Below are positions 1 to 14,487 of a stretch of 64,000 bases of DNA, one piece after another. Position 1 is the stretch's first letter. Each line of letters starts with the position of its first letter. Both the position numbers and the translations under genes were made by a program. The notes below the pieces were generated by a model. That model was not told the DNA's origin and ran no database searches. It saw nothing but the letters and a program-made list of their open reading frames with translations. Source of the DNA: the human T2T-CHM13v2.0 reference genome, Homo sapiens; assembly GCF_009914755.1 (NCBI RefSeq), contig NC_060930.1. The stretch is one strand, 5' to 3'.

Positions 1-2879
1 TTTGAGGTTTTTTAAACGAACCATCTAAGAAAGTTAACTTTTTTCACTTAATTTCCTACAGTGGGTCTCCATAGGAAATAATTGGAACAATCTATGGAAC
101 ACTTTTTTTCTGTAGCTTCTAAGCTCTTTTGTAAAGTCAGTAGCAAAACTGCCTCACCAACAAAATATGAATAACCATTTCCGTTTCACTCCTATAATCT
201 GTTATTTACTCCAGAGTCAATGTATTATCAAATGTGGAATCAGCAGTTCTCTTATATGTAATTATAATGGCAATGATTTAACCCAGCTCATCTTATTTTC
301 AAGCTGTCGACTCTCAGGGATATGGTACCGGTGTATGATGAGCATTTTAGAGTAGTTCCCTCAGAAATGAGAGACTCATGCAAAATATAATCGATGCAAG
401 GAATTTTTCTTTTAAAAAGTTAAGACAAATAAAAACATGAACATGAACTTTAAAAAAGAATTTACTTAAAATATATAATCTAGTATAAATTTAATGTATG
501 GGGTTGTGAAAATAATAATACACTTTTAGAGATGAAGTATTCAAACAAGAAAGCAAGGATGTAAAGAATGATAGGACAGATGGAGTAAGGAAAGTAGGCA
601 TTACAGAAATGTAGAAACTAGGCAAAGGCTGAGATACTCCTGTAGTGTAGAATGTAAGGCTAAGTGTGTATTTATGTATACTTGTATTGTATTGCATAAT
701 TAGGAGCTGGGACTCTCAATTAAATAGCACTGTGACCTGAGTAATAAGAGTGTTTATTTAACTGGTTAAGTTTATTGGATTTAAATATTCATGAACTGAC
801 ACAACTTGATTATGACACCTTCTTTACAATTGTGATACAGAGTTATCTACACATACTTAAAGGATGGATGAATTATTCATGTCTGGGCAGCCCCACTGTT
901 GAGTGTCTGGCTGCTTGATAGATATGAGTACTCCAGCCAGTTGGCCCAATACATAAACAGCATTTAAAGTCAACAGGACCCTTACCTGGTCCATGTGCTA
1001 ATATTGCATGGCAGATACCTGCTGATGCAGCATTATTCTCCCTCATCAATTAGAATAGAAAACGTCTAATTCTTTGGGACATAAAAGATGCCCAAAAGAA
1101 ACTTGGCATCCTTCTCTGCTATCCACAGGTACAATTTCCTGTTCAGAAAGGCAAGTGTTGGTAATTCATAATTCCTCTTCATGGTACTGATATTTTCCCA
1201 TTCTCCCCTACTGGATCTTGGGGGTTAGAAGGTGACATTAAAACTTGTGTGTATCCTATACTTACCTTGCCTAACTGTGTACAGTCTTAGTTATTCAGAG
1301 GAAAGATAATCTGTTTCTAAATCCATCTCTGGACTAGAAAGTTAATGCATACTCTGCTAAAGCATATTTGTCAATTTATTACACTGTGGAAATTCAACCA
1401 CTGCTTTAGGATATTAAAGGTAACACTATGCTCTGCTATCACTATTCAATATTGGGGATACTATGGTAAGAAGTTGGATGGTGTATTGCAGCTGGCCTTT
1501 AACATAAGATTTAGGTTCTGCTATTTAGTGTTTATTTATTTGGCAATTCACTTAATCTATCCAGGATTGTGGACTCAATAATATTCTCATTTCAAGGATA
1601 TGGGAATTATAATAATACCTATATAATGAGTTCTCTTGGAAATGTATGAAGCATTAACAAATCTGCTTTATTAGCTCTGAAGCCTCACAAGGCAACAGAA
1701 ATCATTCTAAAATGTCCCCAGATGGTCATGTTGCATCCTTTAGTGTGGAATATGTTAGTCAAGTTTTGCACATTACAGAAGTTTTCATGCATCACAAAAT
1801 CAAAATGTTTATAGCTTCACTCCTCTTGTGTTATTTATTTTCAGAGGTTTCTTAGATCCATTCAGTTTTTTAACCATAATTTTAACAGCCTTCAAAAAAC
1901 AAACATTAAAATATCATGTTCCATGATCAAGCTATGAATGTCTCTGGTGCTTACATATCAAGATGTCCCAGCAGCAGCACATAATAGGTGCTCAGTAAAT
2001 AAATTATAAAGAAATTTTGGGAAGAGGGTAATCAGAGCATGTGTCCTTGATTCTTTCTCCCTCCTATGGTCATCATGAGGCATCACTAAAGAAAGTGTGT
2101 TTGGTACCCTGGAGGCTGGGCCTGAGCATTTGGGTTCTAAGGAAATAGACGGTTCAGCATTTGAGTTTTAGGTAGGCAGAAGCTAGGATTCCAGTCCTAG
2201 AGAGGAGACCTTTTTTGTCCCTGAAGACCAAGGAGAAGTCTAGAATTCTGTACCTTCCCGAGTGTTTAGTTGATAAGATGCCCTCCAGCAAATAAATGTT
2301 CCATCATCCTAGGGAGACTTGCCAGTCCAGGTGACCTTGGAGGGAATGGGGAGCAGCAATGTGAGTGGGTTGAGTTGCTTCCAGCCTCTGAGATTAGGAG
2401 AGGGCTGCCACACATTCCTAGGAGGTCCAGGAGCAGAAAGCCTCAGCAGAGGGTTAACTACCAATTTGTTCTCTGATTGTCCATAAAGATAGAGGTTGTA
2501 TTGTCTTTCCCAATGTTCTGATTTTTCACTGTTTGATTTGACTTCTCGAGGCATATATACCATAATGAGACAAAGACAAATTACAATTAAGGGCATTAAC
2601 AATCTGATAGAAGACTTATCTGATTGTCTGGAATGGCAGCCCCTCCATTGAAACACAAACAATGGAAATGTCAATCGAGAAATTTTATTTAAAAAATTGA
2701 ACTCTTAAGTGAGTAAATTGGAATATACACACACAAAATGCTTCTGTTTAGAATTTAGGAAACATAGTCCATGGCTTTCAAAATCCAAAAGGTGATTTTA
2801 AAAAGAAGACAGAACTTGTTGAAAATGGGTGTGGTAAGCTGGCAGATCAATGGAAGAAAAAGCTCAGGCCACAAACAGG

Positions 2880-3900
2880 CAAAGATATGGAATTCATGAG
2901 AAAAGGTGAGAGACTGAGAGGGCAGGTTCAGCACTCACATGCAAATAATGAGTTCCAAAGAGAGATAAAGAATAGAGAGAGGAAGAGCAATACTTATGTG
3001 GATGATAAAAGAAAATTTTACTAATGTCAAGAGGGACTTAAATGAACAGATTGACTGAGTCAACTTAATCTTAGGCAGAATTAATAAAAGACACTATTTC
3101 GGGATATTCCTGAATCTATGGAAAAGAGCATGTGTCATAAGCTTCCACCCAGAAGAACAAGTCACTTACAAAGAAAAGATCAGACTAGCATCAGATTTCT
3201 CACTTATAATCTTGAAAGCCTTAAGATCACAAAATGATAGTGACTACTTAGAACAGAAGGAGACCAACATAGACAAGATGACATTTATCTGAGGAAAAAT
3301 TCAAGAAAATATTTTAAATAATCAATAAATGATTCATAGTAGCAAGGCATAAATGAAGAATACTAATAATATTGGCAAGCAAGAGGTTATGTAATTCATA
3401 AGTTAATATAAATGGCTGGGAAATGTTGAAACAACTTGGTAATGTATTTGTTAGATAATGGTTTTTGAAACAGAAGAGGCATTATATGAGGGGAGAAAAT
3501 AAAACTAATAGCCTGGAACCAAAGTTTAGCTTAGTAAAATCTAAGAGTTGGGATATAGGAAAATGACTCCAAAAGTAATATTCTGTCTTGCTGGGCTGCA
3601 GTAAAATAAGGAAGAGTAAGAAGACTAACTCTCATATTGAAATACAATCATAATAGTTAATATAATAATTATATTAATTATATTAGGAATAGAAGAGTCA
3701 TAACTAATCACAATAAAAATTATAGTAGAACTTCCAAATTATTAAGAAGAAAAAAGGGAATGAACAAAAAGTTGATTAAGCTGAAAAATATACGAAAGGG
3801 TAAAAGAAAAAAAAACATAGTGCATACTAAACATATCATGAAAAGGGTAAATTCACTCATTTAGTTATTCCACTAAAAATGAATGGGATGAAATCCTCTT
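2880..3900 (+). mobile_element. Ancient L1M/HAL1-like ORF1-region relic
   Basis: A-rich sense strand with ORF1 C-terminal-like motifs (AGAACAAGTCACTTACAAAG...ATCAGACTAGCATCAGATTTCTC). Confidence 0.5.
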
Positions 3901-6900
3901 CCACCATACAGGAGGCATGAATAGTGGTCATGTAATATTGATATTAAGCTACTAACATGAAGACAAGGAAATATTTTGTTAAATTAATTAACTTATATGT
4001 GCAATTTCCTGGATTTATCTCCCTAGGTTAGTTAATATATACACTATGCCATGCAACCCCTTTTGTGAGTGTAGCTATTTCTATTGTGTGCCTTCTCAGT
4101 AGGGAGTAGTCCCTGTGTCAGACCTTTGGAGTAGACTTCGCTCTCCAAAAACAGCCCACAGGTGGGATTTTGGGCAATGGGACACAGGGACCACACTTGA
4201 ATTTGGTGTCAAGTAGGCCAAGATCCCAAAGCTATCTGTGCCCTACACTTGCCTTATAGTTTTATACAAGTGACTTCACCTCAGTGAGATTCTGTTTTCT
4301 CATCTGATGTCACAAATGCTTACAGTCGTTGTGATAATTGCACTTGTTGATGCATATGGAATATTTTGGAAATTTCTGGACATAGCAGGAAGTCAGTGAA
4401 TAGCAGCTATTTTATTATTTTCTTCCTTTTCTGGTCTGCGAGACTCAGCTAATATGCCTTCACAAACAAAATTCACAGATTTGGGTAAGCCACATCATTA
4501 AGACTTGACACAGCCAGGAAGAGTGTGGAAAGAAAGGAACACACATACTCTAGAGATCTCCCCAAACCTTAGAGTACAGCAAAAGGTGCACCTGCCAGAA
4601 CAATGTATTTCATGCCAAATTGCATATGTTCAAATGCAAAATTTCAAATTCAGCAGTGTCTATTCAAACCCGCTTTAATGTTCTTCTGAACATTCTTGTT
4701 TGGTAGTCAACTGTGCTCCATTTTCAAGTATAGCGATGACAATAATTTGTATGTCATAGTTACAATATTCCCTGAATGCGATTACTCATCATGATCATTG
4801 AATAGTTTACCCTTTTCTCTCTTCCCCTTTGCTGTGACTTTTAAATTTTTCATTTTGTATATATGTTTTAAAACTGTGTTTTAGAAGTTCATCTACTAAC
4901 AGTAGATTTTTGTTATGCATAATATTCTATTAAAAAGGGGATCTCAAAGGCAAATAAAACATACTCCTTGATCTTACAAAACTCAGGCTATGATGAGAAC
5001 ACAAGCAAAGAAACAAATTTATTACAGAAGATGCTAAGATAGGGAGAAACTCGGGTGCTAGGAGAGCATGAATGAGAAGTCTTTAACTCAGACTGGAGAA
5101 TTAGCAAGGGAGTCATCTGTGAGTCTAGTCTTGAAAGAGTGTTAGATTTAGAAAGATGGAGTGGGGTGGAGTGGAGTAGAGAGATTGGAAGGCTGAAAAA
5201 GATGGCAAAGGAATAATGAAAGCAAAAGGCCAACACTTATCGATAGGTCTGTTGAGTGCTTGTGAATGTTGATTTTAAAAAATAATAAAAGACTCCTTAC
5301 TGGATGCTTCTGGCATTGACTATTCCAAAGGCCCAGGACTCATGGATCTTTCACTATTTTTTAACCAGAAGAATCTGTGATTCTGATTTCATTTGACAAA
5401 GTTCCTGGGGTTTTTGCTTATTTGGGGACATGTTCCCCTGAAGGAAGAAAATTTAGGACCTTAGGGGTGGGGAGAAACAAGTAGTTTTGAAAGCATCACA
5501 TTTGTTATTTTCCCAAATGACAATCATTACCATAGACTGAGTTCTCACAAATGCATCCCCTCTCTGTCTTCGAAGTCGATCACTAAAGAGATCCACATCT
5601 TCTAGTTCTACATATCACCTTTTTAGGAGACCAAAGACCTCTGCTTCATTTTTCCTGGATCCATTTATCTTGGCCAGTTTTCAGTTTTTAAACCCTCCAC
5701 TCTAGTGGCACCATGGAGTTTTCCCAGTTGGCTGAAAGTCTTTAGTGTTGGGGCTTGACTTTCAATTTATCTATGCTTACATTTTGTTTTCATTTGTCAC
5801 ATGATCTCTGGCCAAAATCCCTACATTCCTATGTCATGAGAAAGCTCACTCATGGTCACAATAATAGATTTTAGGCTTTTAAATCAACTGTCAGGACCAG
5901 AAGGTTCAAAATTGATATACAATTAGAATACTTATTGGCCAATAAAGGTCTTCTCCTCTTATCTTGAGGTGTCAAAGCTGGTATATTTAAGACTACAAAT
6001 TAAAAATTTGGAGGGAAGAAGGAAAATAAAAATAAATTTTATTATACTGGTAATTTTATGAAAAGTCTACAAGCTTTTATGCAGAATAATGTGACTTTCG
6101 TGCACAGAAAATATTCATTAAAATGTGTGTGTGCACACATACACACATGCACACTACAAAACAACAAAAGGATTAACCTTTTCTGGGATAAGGCAACAAA
6201 GTACACAAGCATCATATGGGCTATGCAAACCATGCAAATTATTTAAACATTTTTTGGTGTTTTTAAAGCTACAAATTATAATCTCAATAGATATCGAAAT
6301 TAATTATGTAGCTCTTCTAGCTTTCCTCTCTTTGTGGAAAGAACCTACACCTCTTCTTTCTCTGATGTGCTTCAACAATTGTTCACATGCCCTGAAGTGT
6401 CAGATGTCATCATCTAAAACATTTTTGCATCAGACTGAAGTCAGTTTGATCACAGTTTGGGATCATAGTTGTTTTGGTAGGGTGTGCTCCCCTGTAATTT
6501 CTTTCACCTCTTTAATATGACTGCAGTTATGTGCAGGGCTTACCCATTAGTGTGGTCTCCTGAAAAGTTCTGGGAGCAGGTTTGTTAAATCTTTTGCTTT
6601 CCTATGGGATGCAATTGGATAAAATGGGAGATTTATTCCTTCATTCGTCCTGGGTACAGAAAATAAAAGGCAGGAGCACTGAAGTTCTAATGCTAAGGCC
6701 CACATTTTTTCTTTCTATATACTTCTGCTTCACCTGATTTTACATCTTCTAGCATTTATATACGTTCCTAGGAAAACCTTGTTGTTTACCTTCTGAGCAA
6801 TGGTCAGTCAGTAAAATCTTTAACCTGGAGGCAGACTAAGCTGTCCCTAAATGATCAGGGCAGCTCCCCACAGCACTGAGGAGTGCAGGTGGCCGTTTCA

Positions 6901-8649
6901 GCTGACAAAAATTTTCATAGGCCTTACAGGTAATTATAACTTTATAGATTGACACTAGACCTATAAAATGATGCTGAATCCTAAATAATAGAGGAGAAGA
7001 AGGAGGAAATGTCTTAAGTAAGTCTAGATTGTTACCAACTTGGTGTCAACCCTTCTCAAATTCGGAGTCTTGGCAGCTTTGAAATTCATAGTGGTGGGTG
7101 GAGATGATGCTGATGGTGCTGTATTGATCAATAACAATACAAGATTTTATCTGGGAAATGCTTCTTATTAAAAGAAGGAGTGTTCTGGGAAATGAAGAAA
7201 TTTCCAAAGACCTCCTGGTTTGTCAAATAAATAAATGAATGAATAAATAACTGAATAAGAAAAAATCCAGGTTGAAGGGCAATTCAGTCAAGTTACCCTA
7301 ATGTAGCCTGTATTTTTTTCTATTCAAATGTGTTTGCCCCGAAGCTAAACAGCCAGCTGTGTTCTGCTGGGTGATGTATGAAGCAGAAAGAACACTGTCT
7401 AATTTTTATATCCAGTTGAGCCTGAAGTACCTTGAGATGGGAAGAGAGGTGGCTCATCTCACTCCCACTCAGGAATTATTATTCATGCAAGAATCACTCC
7501 TCAGTTATCTGGTAGCCCTCCCTAATTCCATTAACCCCTCAACCACTGGGTAGTAAACAGGGGGAAATTGTGATCTAATTAAAATTAATTGGTTGCATGA
7601 CAATTAAGAAGGAGTTTTTGGGTTTTGTTTTATTTGGAGGGGTGGTTGTGTTTTATTTATTTGGTATTTCCTTTTTAGGGAGGGATAAATATTCTCTAGC
7701 TCTCTTTTCATACATTTATTTCACGTTTAATTTGTTTTAGAATAGTCACCTGTATTGGGGTTAAGTGCTTATGTAAATGAGGAAGTGTAGCAGAGTACTT
7801 ATTTAGCTATCTCCTTAGGTAGAAATCCTCATTGGAAGACCCCTTCACCTGGGCGATTTAGCTCAAACAACAACCCTTTGGCTTTTATGGGATTCTGAGA
7901 AATTGTTGGTTAGACTTTTGCTTCCTCACTCACCCCACAAAACACTTACATAGAACCATTTAGAAATGATCTCAGAAACAAAATCAAGTGCACACAGAAT
8001 TAAATAAAGGGCTCCTTGCTTTTGACAAAGACCAAACAGAGAGTAGGCTGCTGAGTTGGATATAGATAATTATTAATTAACATTATATTTACATGACTGT
8101 GGAGTCAATTGAAATAATGTTTACAGTGTGTTTTCGTAGCATTTATAGAGTTAAAAAGGAGACTGAGGCCATACCAATATAGTGAAGAAAATTGAGATTC
8201 CAGCAGTGATTCTAGTGCACTTAGTCTACTAAGCCAAAAAAAAAAAAAAAATAGGGTTGCAGTATGTTTGATCCAATTGTGAGGTAAGGTATTGAAGATT
8301 GCATGCAATACTTAATAGGTACTAAAAAAAGTCTGTAAATTTCATAGCCATCTGTAGATAAGAACTTGTAGAAACTCAGATGTTAAAAGAAAAGTGACAT
8401 ATGGATCTTAAAAAAACACTGCTGCATTCTAGTTCACCAGCTACCAGGTACTCCCAAGCCATGCCTTCCCCTGTGTTAGGGAGGTGAATGGCAAGGAGGA
8501 AAAGCTTGCCATGGCCCAGCTTTGTTAGGGATGCTATACACCACTTACTGCTTCCAGAGAGAAGCAATAAGTAATAACAGATTCCTCAAGCACAGTCACA
8601 GTTCCAAATAAACTGTGTTTGGTGCATCAGGAAACAGAATGACACTCTA

Positions 8650-8860
8650 TTGGTTGAGAGCATGAATTCTGGAGACAGACTGACTGGATTCAGTTCTATC
8701 CCTGTGTGACCTTGGGTCAATAGCGTAACTTCTCTGTGCCCCAGTTTCACTATCTATAAAATCATGATATAATAAGACCTACCTCATACATAACCATGTG
8801 AATTAAATGAGTTAGTATTTGTAAGGAGCTTAAGATAGAGCTTGACACATAGTAGTGTTA
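8650..8860 (+). mobile_element. MIR SINE
   Basis: TGGTTGAGAGCATG...CTGTGTGACCTTGGG...CTCTGTGCCCCAGTTTC...ATTAAATGAG core. Confidence 0.8.
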
Positions 8861-9499
8861 TTTTTTAAACTTTTTATTTTGAAATAAGTAATGCTCTCTG
8901 ATGAGCTGGGTATATATTATTTTTGTTATTGTGTTGCTGAGTTTAAGTCAATGCCTTACACTAAGTGAAATCCCTTTAGCTTAAGTCTCATCTCATTTGT
9001 GAAGAAGTTCCTGGCCATTTTATCCCTCCCTCAATGATTCCCCATATATCTGAACTGAAAAGGGGAATTAATATTTGCTGAGCACTCACAACGTGCTTGA
9101 AATTTTACGTGTCACCTTCTATTTCTCACAATAACCCCGCAAAGTGGGTATGATTACTTCCACTCGACAGATGAGAAGACAGAAAAAAGTAACTTCACCT
9201 CTTCTCTTAGACTTAATTTGAGCATATATAAAATGAGGACAATGATACTTTCCCCTCAGAACATTCAATGAAAATGACTTATAAACCATAAAATTATATG
9301 ACTTTATAGTTCTGAGAGAGAAATATTACTGTTTTGTATCACAAGTTAGTTTAGCTTTCTGGATTGTCTCTGATTTAAAGAAGCCAATAGTCCCTACTTA
9401 CAGACGGTGCATATAATGCGTAGTAGAAGCCCTTAGGGACCCCGTAGTTGGTCAGTGCAGGTCAGAGTATAGTTCCCCGAAATTTCCATGGCATTCCTC

Positions 9500-9862
9500 T
9501 TCAGCAGCTTCCTCCTCCACAGAGATATGGCTGCCTAGTGGCTTCTCTGTGTGGTCATAAGAGGAGTCAAAGGACTTTTGCCCCCGGCAAAGAAAGTGGA
9601 AATGAAATGGAGTGGGGTGCGGTGATCATAAATTCTGTCCCCTCAATATTTCTGGTCCTCCTTAGCATTGGGTTAAATTAGCACCTGCATGCTTGAGGTC
9701 AGGTGTGGTCATATGACTTGCTTTGGACTGTGAAAACCGATACACATCACAACCCATGAAGGTCTTATAGATGAGCAAGATTCTATAAGCCTTGTTGTTT
9801 TAGGCCATTCACTTTGGGGTATTTGTAACAATAGCATAACCTAACCTATCCTGACTAACACA
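9500..9862 (+). mobile_element. Degenerate MLT1 LTR fragment
   Basis: GTGGTCATATGACTTGCTTTGG and an end motif TTGTTTTAGGCCATT...TTTGGGGTATTTGTAAC...GCATAACCTAACCTATCCTGACTAACACA. Confidence 0.6.
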
Positions 9863-10415
9863 AGTGGAAAATGTGTCCCTTGATATGATGTATTTGGAAG
9901 TTCTATAGTATTAAAATAAGGCAGTTGCTTTTGAGATCTGTCAGTTGAGCTTGGGGAAGTTGTTGGGGACATAGGAAAAGAGGAGAGAGAAGATAGTGAA
10001 TAGAAGGATCTAAGTCACCCAGGTTTTAAGTGGCTACCCTAGCTTGAGATTAGGTGCCTGGTTCTTTGGCAGGCATTTGTCTTTGATACAGAGCTGGGCG
10101 TTTTTCCTATAGAGGTCACCTGCTCTCCTGATTTTGCCACCTTCTATTAATAGCACAGTAATTCATTTGGGAAAATAAAAGGCAAATGGCAGGTGGTGAG
10201 AACATATTGAAAAACGTGACACACTAGAGTAGAGATATAGAGTAGAATTGGTTTAAATCACTGTTGCCAAAAGGTGAACCTCAGTAGTCTTGCAGAACAC
10301 CTGAGAATGTCCAACGAACCAAAGTTATTTAAGAGAGACCACTGAAAGTCTGTTGCCTGCCATTTTCTCCAGTAATATTAGACTTAGCCAAACCTTTAAA
10401 TAGATAGTTGAGTTT

Positions 10416-10544
10416 AAAAGAAGAGAGAGAGAAAAAGAAAGACAGAAAGATGAAAGAAAGAAAGAAAAAAGAAAGAAAGAAGAAAGAAAGAAAGAGAAAG
10501 AAAGAAAGAAAGAGAGAAAGAAAGAAAGAGAGAAAGAAAGAAAA

Positions 10545-10600
<56 letters not shown>

Positions 10601-10601
10601 A

Positions 10602-10652
<51 letters not shown>

Positions 10653-10737
10653 GGAGAAAGGAAGAGGGGAGGGAGGGAAGGAAGGAAGGGGAGAGGGAGG
10701 GAGGGAGGGGGCGGGGAGAGAGAGAGAGAGAGAGAAT
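10416..10737 (+). repeat. Complex (AAAG)n / GA-rich microsatellite ending in (GGGA)n and (GA)n
   Basis: ~320 bp almost pure purine tract. It explains the K/E/R and F/L/S ORFs in the track. Confidence 0.97.
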
Positions 10738-11512
10738 GAAAATCCCCCTGGTGTCAGAAACATAAAATAAATAACTTAAAGCCAGGTACAAATCTCATGA
10801 ACTGGTACTGTCAATGCCCAGAGAGATACCCGATTGGATATAGGCTTTAGAGTCTAAGGAATTGGGTTGAATACCCAAATAAAGTGAAGAGATGTGGCCT
10901 TAGGCCTGTGATAGGTAGGGAATTTGAACTTACATAAGGACAGACCCTTAAATGATAGAACTAGAAAGATTCTTCCCACTGGCACAAGGAAGTGACCTGG
11001 ATGCATTTTTCTGCCCTGGGCTACGAATGGACAAAAAGTCTCCCATGAAAAACTGAAAACACCAGGCTTGCCTGCACAAGCTGTGGGCATGGGCTATAAT
11101 TTTCACTACCTGCACACTACAAGACATTCCCCCAGGGGATAAATTAATGTAGAATTGAGGCTAGACAAGGACATTCCTAGAGTGCCAGCAGGAAACATAG
11201 GCAAGTGTTCTCTGTGGCAAAACTCCCACAGTGTCCAGCTTCCTGTGAGAAAATAGTAACGTGCTAAGCTGAGCTCACAATAAAAATTGTAATCCATGTA
11301 AGGGAATGAAGAGACCTTAAATACATCTATTTTAAGTAAGTAAAATAGCATGAAAGCCATGAAGGAAAAGAACCCATTATAAATCAGAATAGGCATATTG
11401 GGAAAAGGTCCAAACAGAACTTCTAGAAATAAAAAAAAAAGTTATTGAAATTTTGTAAAACCTAATTTGGTGTAATAAACACCTGGTTTAGACTTAGATA
11501 AAGCATTAGTGA

Positions 11513-11827
<315 letters not shown>

Positions 11828-12238
11828 GAGTTTTTTTTATGTGGGTGCGAAGGACATTAAATCCAGACAGAAAGAGTGGGATGCAAGAAGCCATGGTGAA
11901 CAGGGAGCTGGCAAGCTGTTGGTAAATCTATATAAGCATAGTCTGTGGGGAAGGGGTGAGGCAGACTGAGGTCTTGCCTGGTGTGTGGGACTGGTGGACA
12001 GAAGGAGCCCTGACACAAGAGAGCATGAGGTGAGCCTCCACCTCACCAAGAAGAGGGTTTGAGCAGAGAGGGCTGGGGAAGGGATGCTTAGTTATCCCCA
12101 GGGGACTGCCGTAAATTTTCAAGAGGTTTTTAATTTTGAAGTTCAATTTTTAAGCCTAGTTACATAATAAACACCGGGATACTCATTTGCTGAAAGTCTC
12201 AGTACTCGGGCTTCTGATCCCCTTCTTCTTCTTCCTTT

Positions 12239-12268
12239 TTTGTTGTTGTTGTTGTTGTTGTTGTTGTT
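12239..12268 (+). repeat. (TTG)n microsatellite
   Basis: About 10 perfect units. Confidence 0.9.
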
Positions 12269-12749
12269 GAGACAGCTTAGTTTGGGGAACAGACCCATGT
12301 TACATTTTCTGCTTTGGATCTTGGACCAGTAAGACCTGTGAGTGGCTAACAAAGAAAACGGTTGATACAACATCACACATCCCATCTCGGTGCATCACCA
12401 CCCTGGCCAGTCTTAGCCTCTAGTAACTTTTGGAGCTTAGGTTCCTGGTATTTTACCTGCTTGGTTTGGGCCATGTGCTTGCCCAAACCTGGCTTCTGAC
12501 TGGTTCACTCCTACCCTGGTTTCTGTCTCCTTCGACTTAACTGCCCTGTGCACCCACCCTAACTTACTCCAGCCCTTTCCTCCTCAAATCCATCACTGTA
12601 ATCTTGGTCCATTCCCATTTGTTGCATTTCTACTCCTGAGTGGTCACTCCCACCCTACAAGGCTCAATGATAACATTTGAAACTCTTTTCATATTTATCT
12701 CCCTGCCACAAGTCCTTTCCTCCTTCCTGTTGGTTTAAGGGCTGTAGTT

Positions 12750-12925
12750 TGATTCAGGGTGCTTCAGAATTCCATGGAGGGGCGGTTAAAACAGATTGAT
12801 GTGCCACATCTCAGAGTTCCTGATTCACTCAATTGGAGGTGGGGCCTAAGAATTTGTATCATTCACAAGTTCCCGGGTATTACTGATGCTGCTGGTCTCA
12901 GGGTCGCAGATTGACAATCACTGGG
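12750..12925. mobile_element. MER5A hAT MITE
   Basis: CAGAGTTCCTGATTCA...GGTGGGGCCTAAGAATTTG...CAAGTTCCC...TGATGCTGCTGGTC. Confidence 0.75.
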
Positions 12926-13036
12926 AGTCCCTATCCTGTGAAGAAAACCACATTTTCTCTCCTATCTTCTTAGATTATTCTTGATTGTGCTGTCTTTGCA
13001 TTTTGTTCCCACCATTATTATGGTGTAGACAATATT

Positions 13037-13095
13037 GTATTATATTATATTATGTTATATTATATTATATTATATTATAATTAAATTATGTTATA
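13037..13095 (+). repeat. (TATTA)n pentanucleotide repeat
   Basis: Direct reading. Confidence 0.85.
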
Positions 13096-14487
13096 TGGGA
13101 ATTATTTGCCTATACATTTATTCAGGTGAAAGTCCTTTATCTAGGCATAATCCAGATATCTTAAGAGACTGAATCACCTCTTTTAGTTTCTGTTCAAACC
13201 ATTTTGAACCTAATATCTTGTTGTCTCCTTGACATAAAGAGACAACTGGCATGGGAGAGTTAAAAGTCTAAGTTCTATCCTTAAAGTAGACTAGGGCACT
13301 GGAAGGCTGAAGCTTGAGACCTTGGCAACAGGTATTTGCTCTTCTGCAGCTTCCTGCAAGGTTGCCATCTGCATTTATTTGTAGCTAGCTCTTCACGCTT
13401 ACAATATGTTTGACAGTACACTAGATGCTCTGAACATCTTGTTTGTCTATATAAGAATTGCATGGGAGGAAGACACAGAGAGCTCAAGGAACCTACCTAA
13501 AGATCTCACAGATGATAAGTCACAGAGTTGGTTTTCAAAGCCCGGTCAAAATAAACTCAATGCTCATGCTCTTGGGCATGGTGTTGTTTTGCCTTACCAC
13601 AGTTTATTTCATAGAGCTGTATTGGGAAGGGCCACCCCATGTGGATGTGATATTGCCTGCATGTACTGGCTACATGGAACATTCCTGAGAGGATGAGTTC
13701 TTCTTAGCATTAGGGTTCAGGGATGAGGAATTGAGATGGATACTGGACTAATGCATCCTACTTTACCTAGAAGAGTACACAGCTTGTGATTTGAAGTAGA
13801 TGATGGGGCAAATCATACCCATTATCTATTAATCTCTTGGTGAGAAAAAAATTATTTATAATATGGTATTTTTCTATAATACTGCATAATATTGGTATCT
13901 AGTATATTCCAGGAAATGAGTGGTTTCTGCAGTTGATAATGAAGAAATGTTAACGCACATTAATCACCCTGAATTTTCTTTGGTGAAAACATCCTCCATA
14001 ATGTTGCTTCCAAAGGAATCCATTGCTATATCTTCCTTGACCTGTTTTTATTGCTAATAGTAAAGCACCTGGAGGTCCTACTCCCACCCAGTGTGTACAA
14101 TTGCTAAATAATTTATAATAGAATTAGGGAAGTGTTTTTTGACTTGGAGCAAAATAACTTCCATTTCCTCAGGATAAAATGCTGTGTCTTTGTGTTTTCT
14201 CTTTTTCTTTCTTTTCTGTTGTTATTAGCCTTCACCTGCACTTTTTTTAAAAAAATTGGAAAACCTCCTTGAGTTTCTTTTGCATTCATTCAGCCTCACT
14301 TAATCTCCTGTCACAGGCCAAAGGAGAATTACTTAATAGCATTGATGTAAACCATATGTTAGAGAAATTGAGCTCTCTCTCACTGGTTAGAGAAAGAATT
14401 AGATAAGGCTGGTCTTCATATAAATAGTTTAAGGAACAGCAAGAGTCTTCTCTTTCAAACTACTGATACTTGACATTTCTTTAAGGC

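Noticed and set aside
10329-10791. Three long ORFs (K/E/R-rich and F/L/S-rich)
   Set aside because: Artefacts of the stop-free AAAG microsatellite.
12239-12274. (TTG)n followed by AGACAG, resembling the tail end of an antisense Alu
   Set aside because: Only ~6-8 nt of similarity, with no Alu body or TSD.
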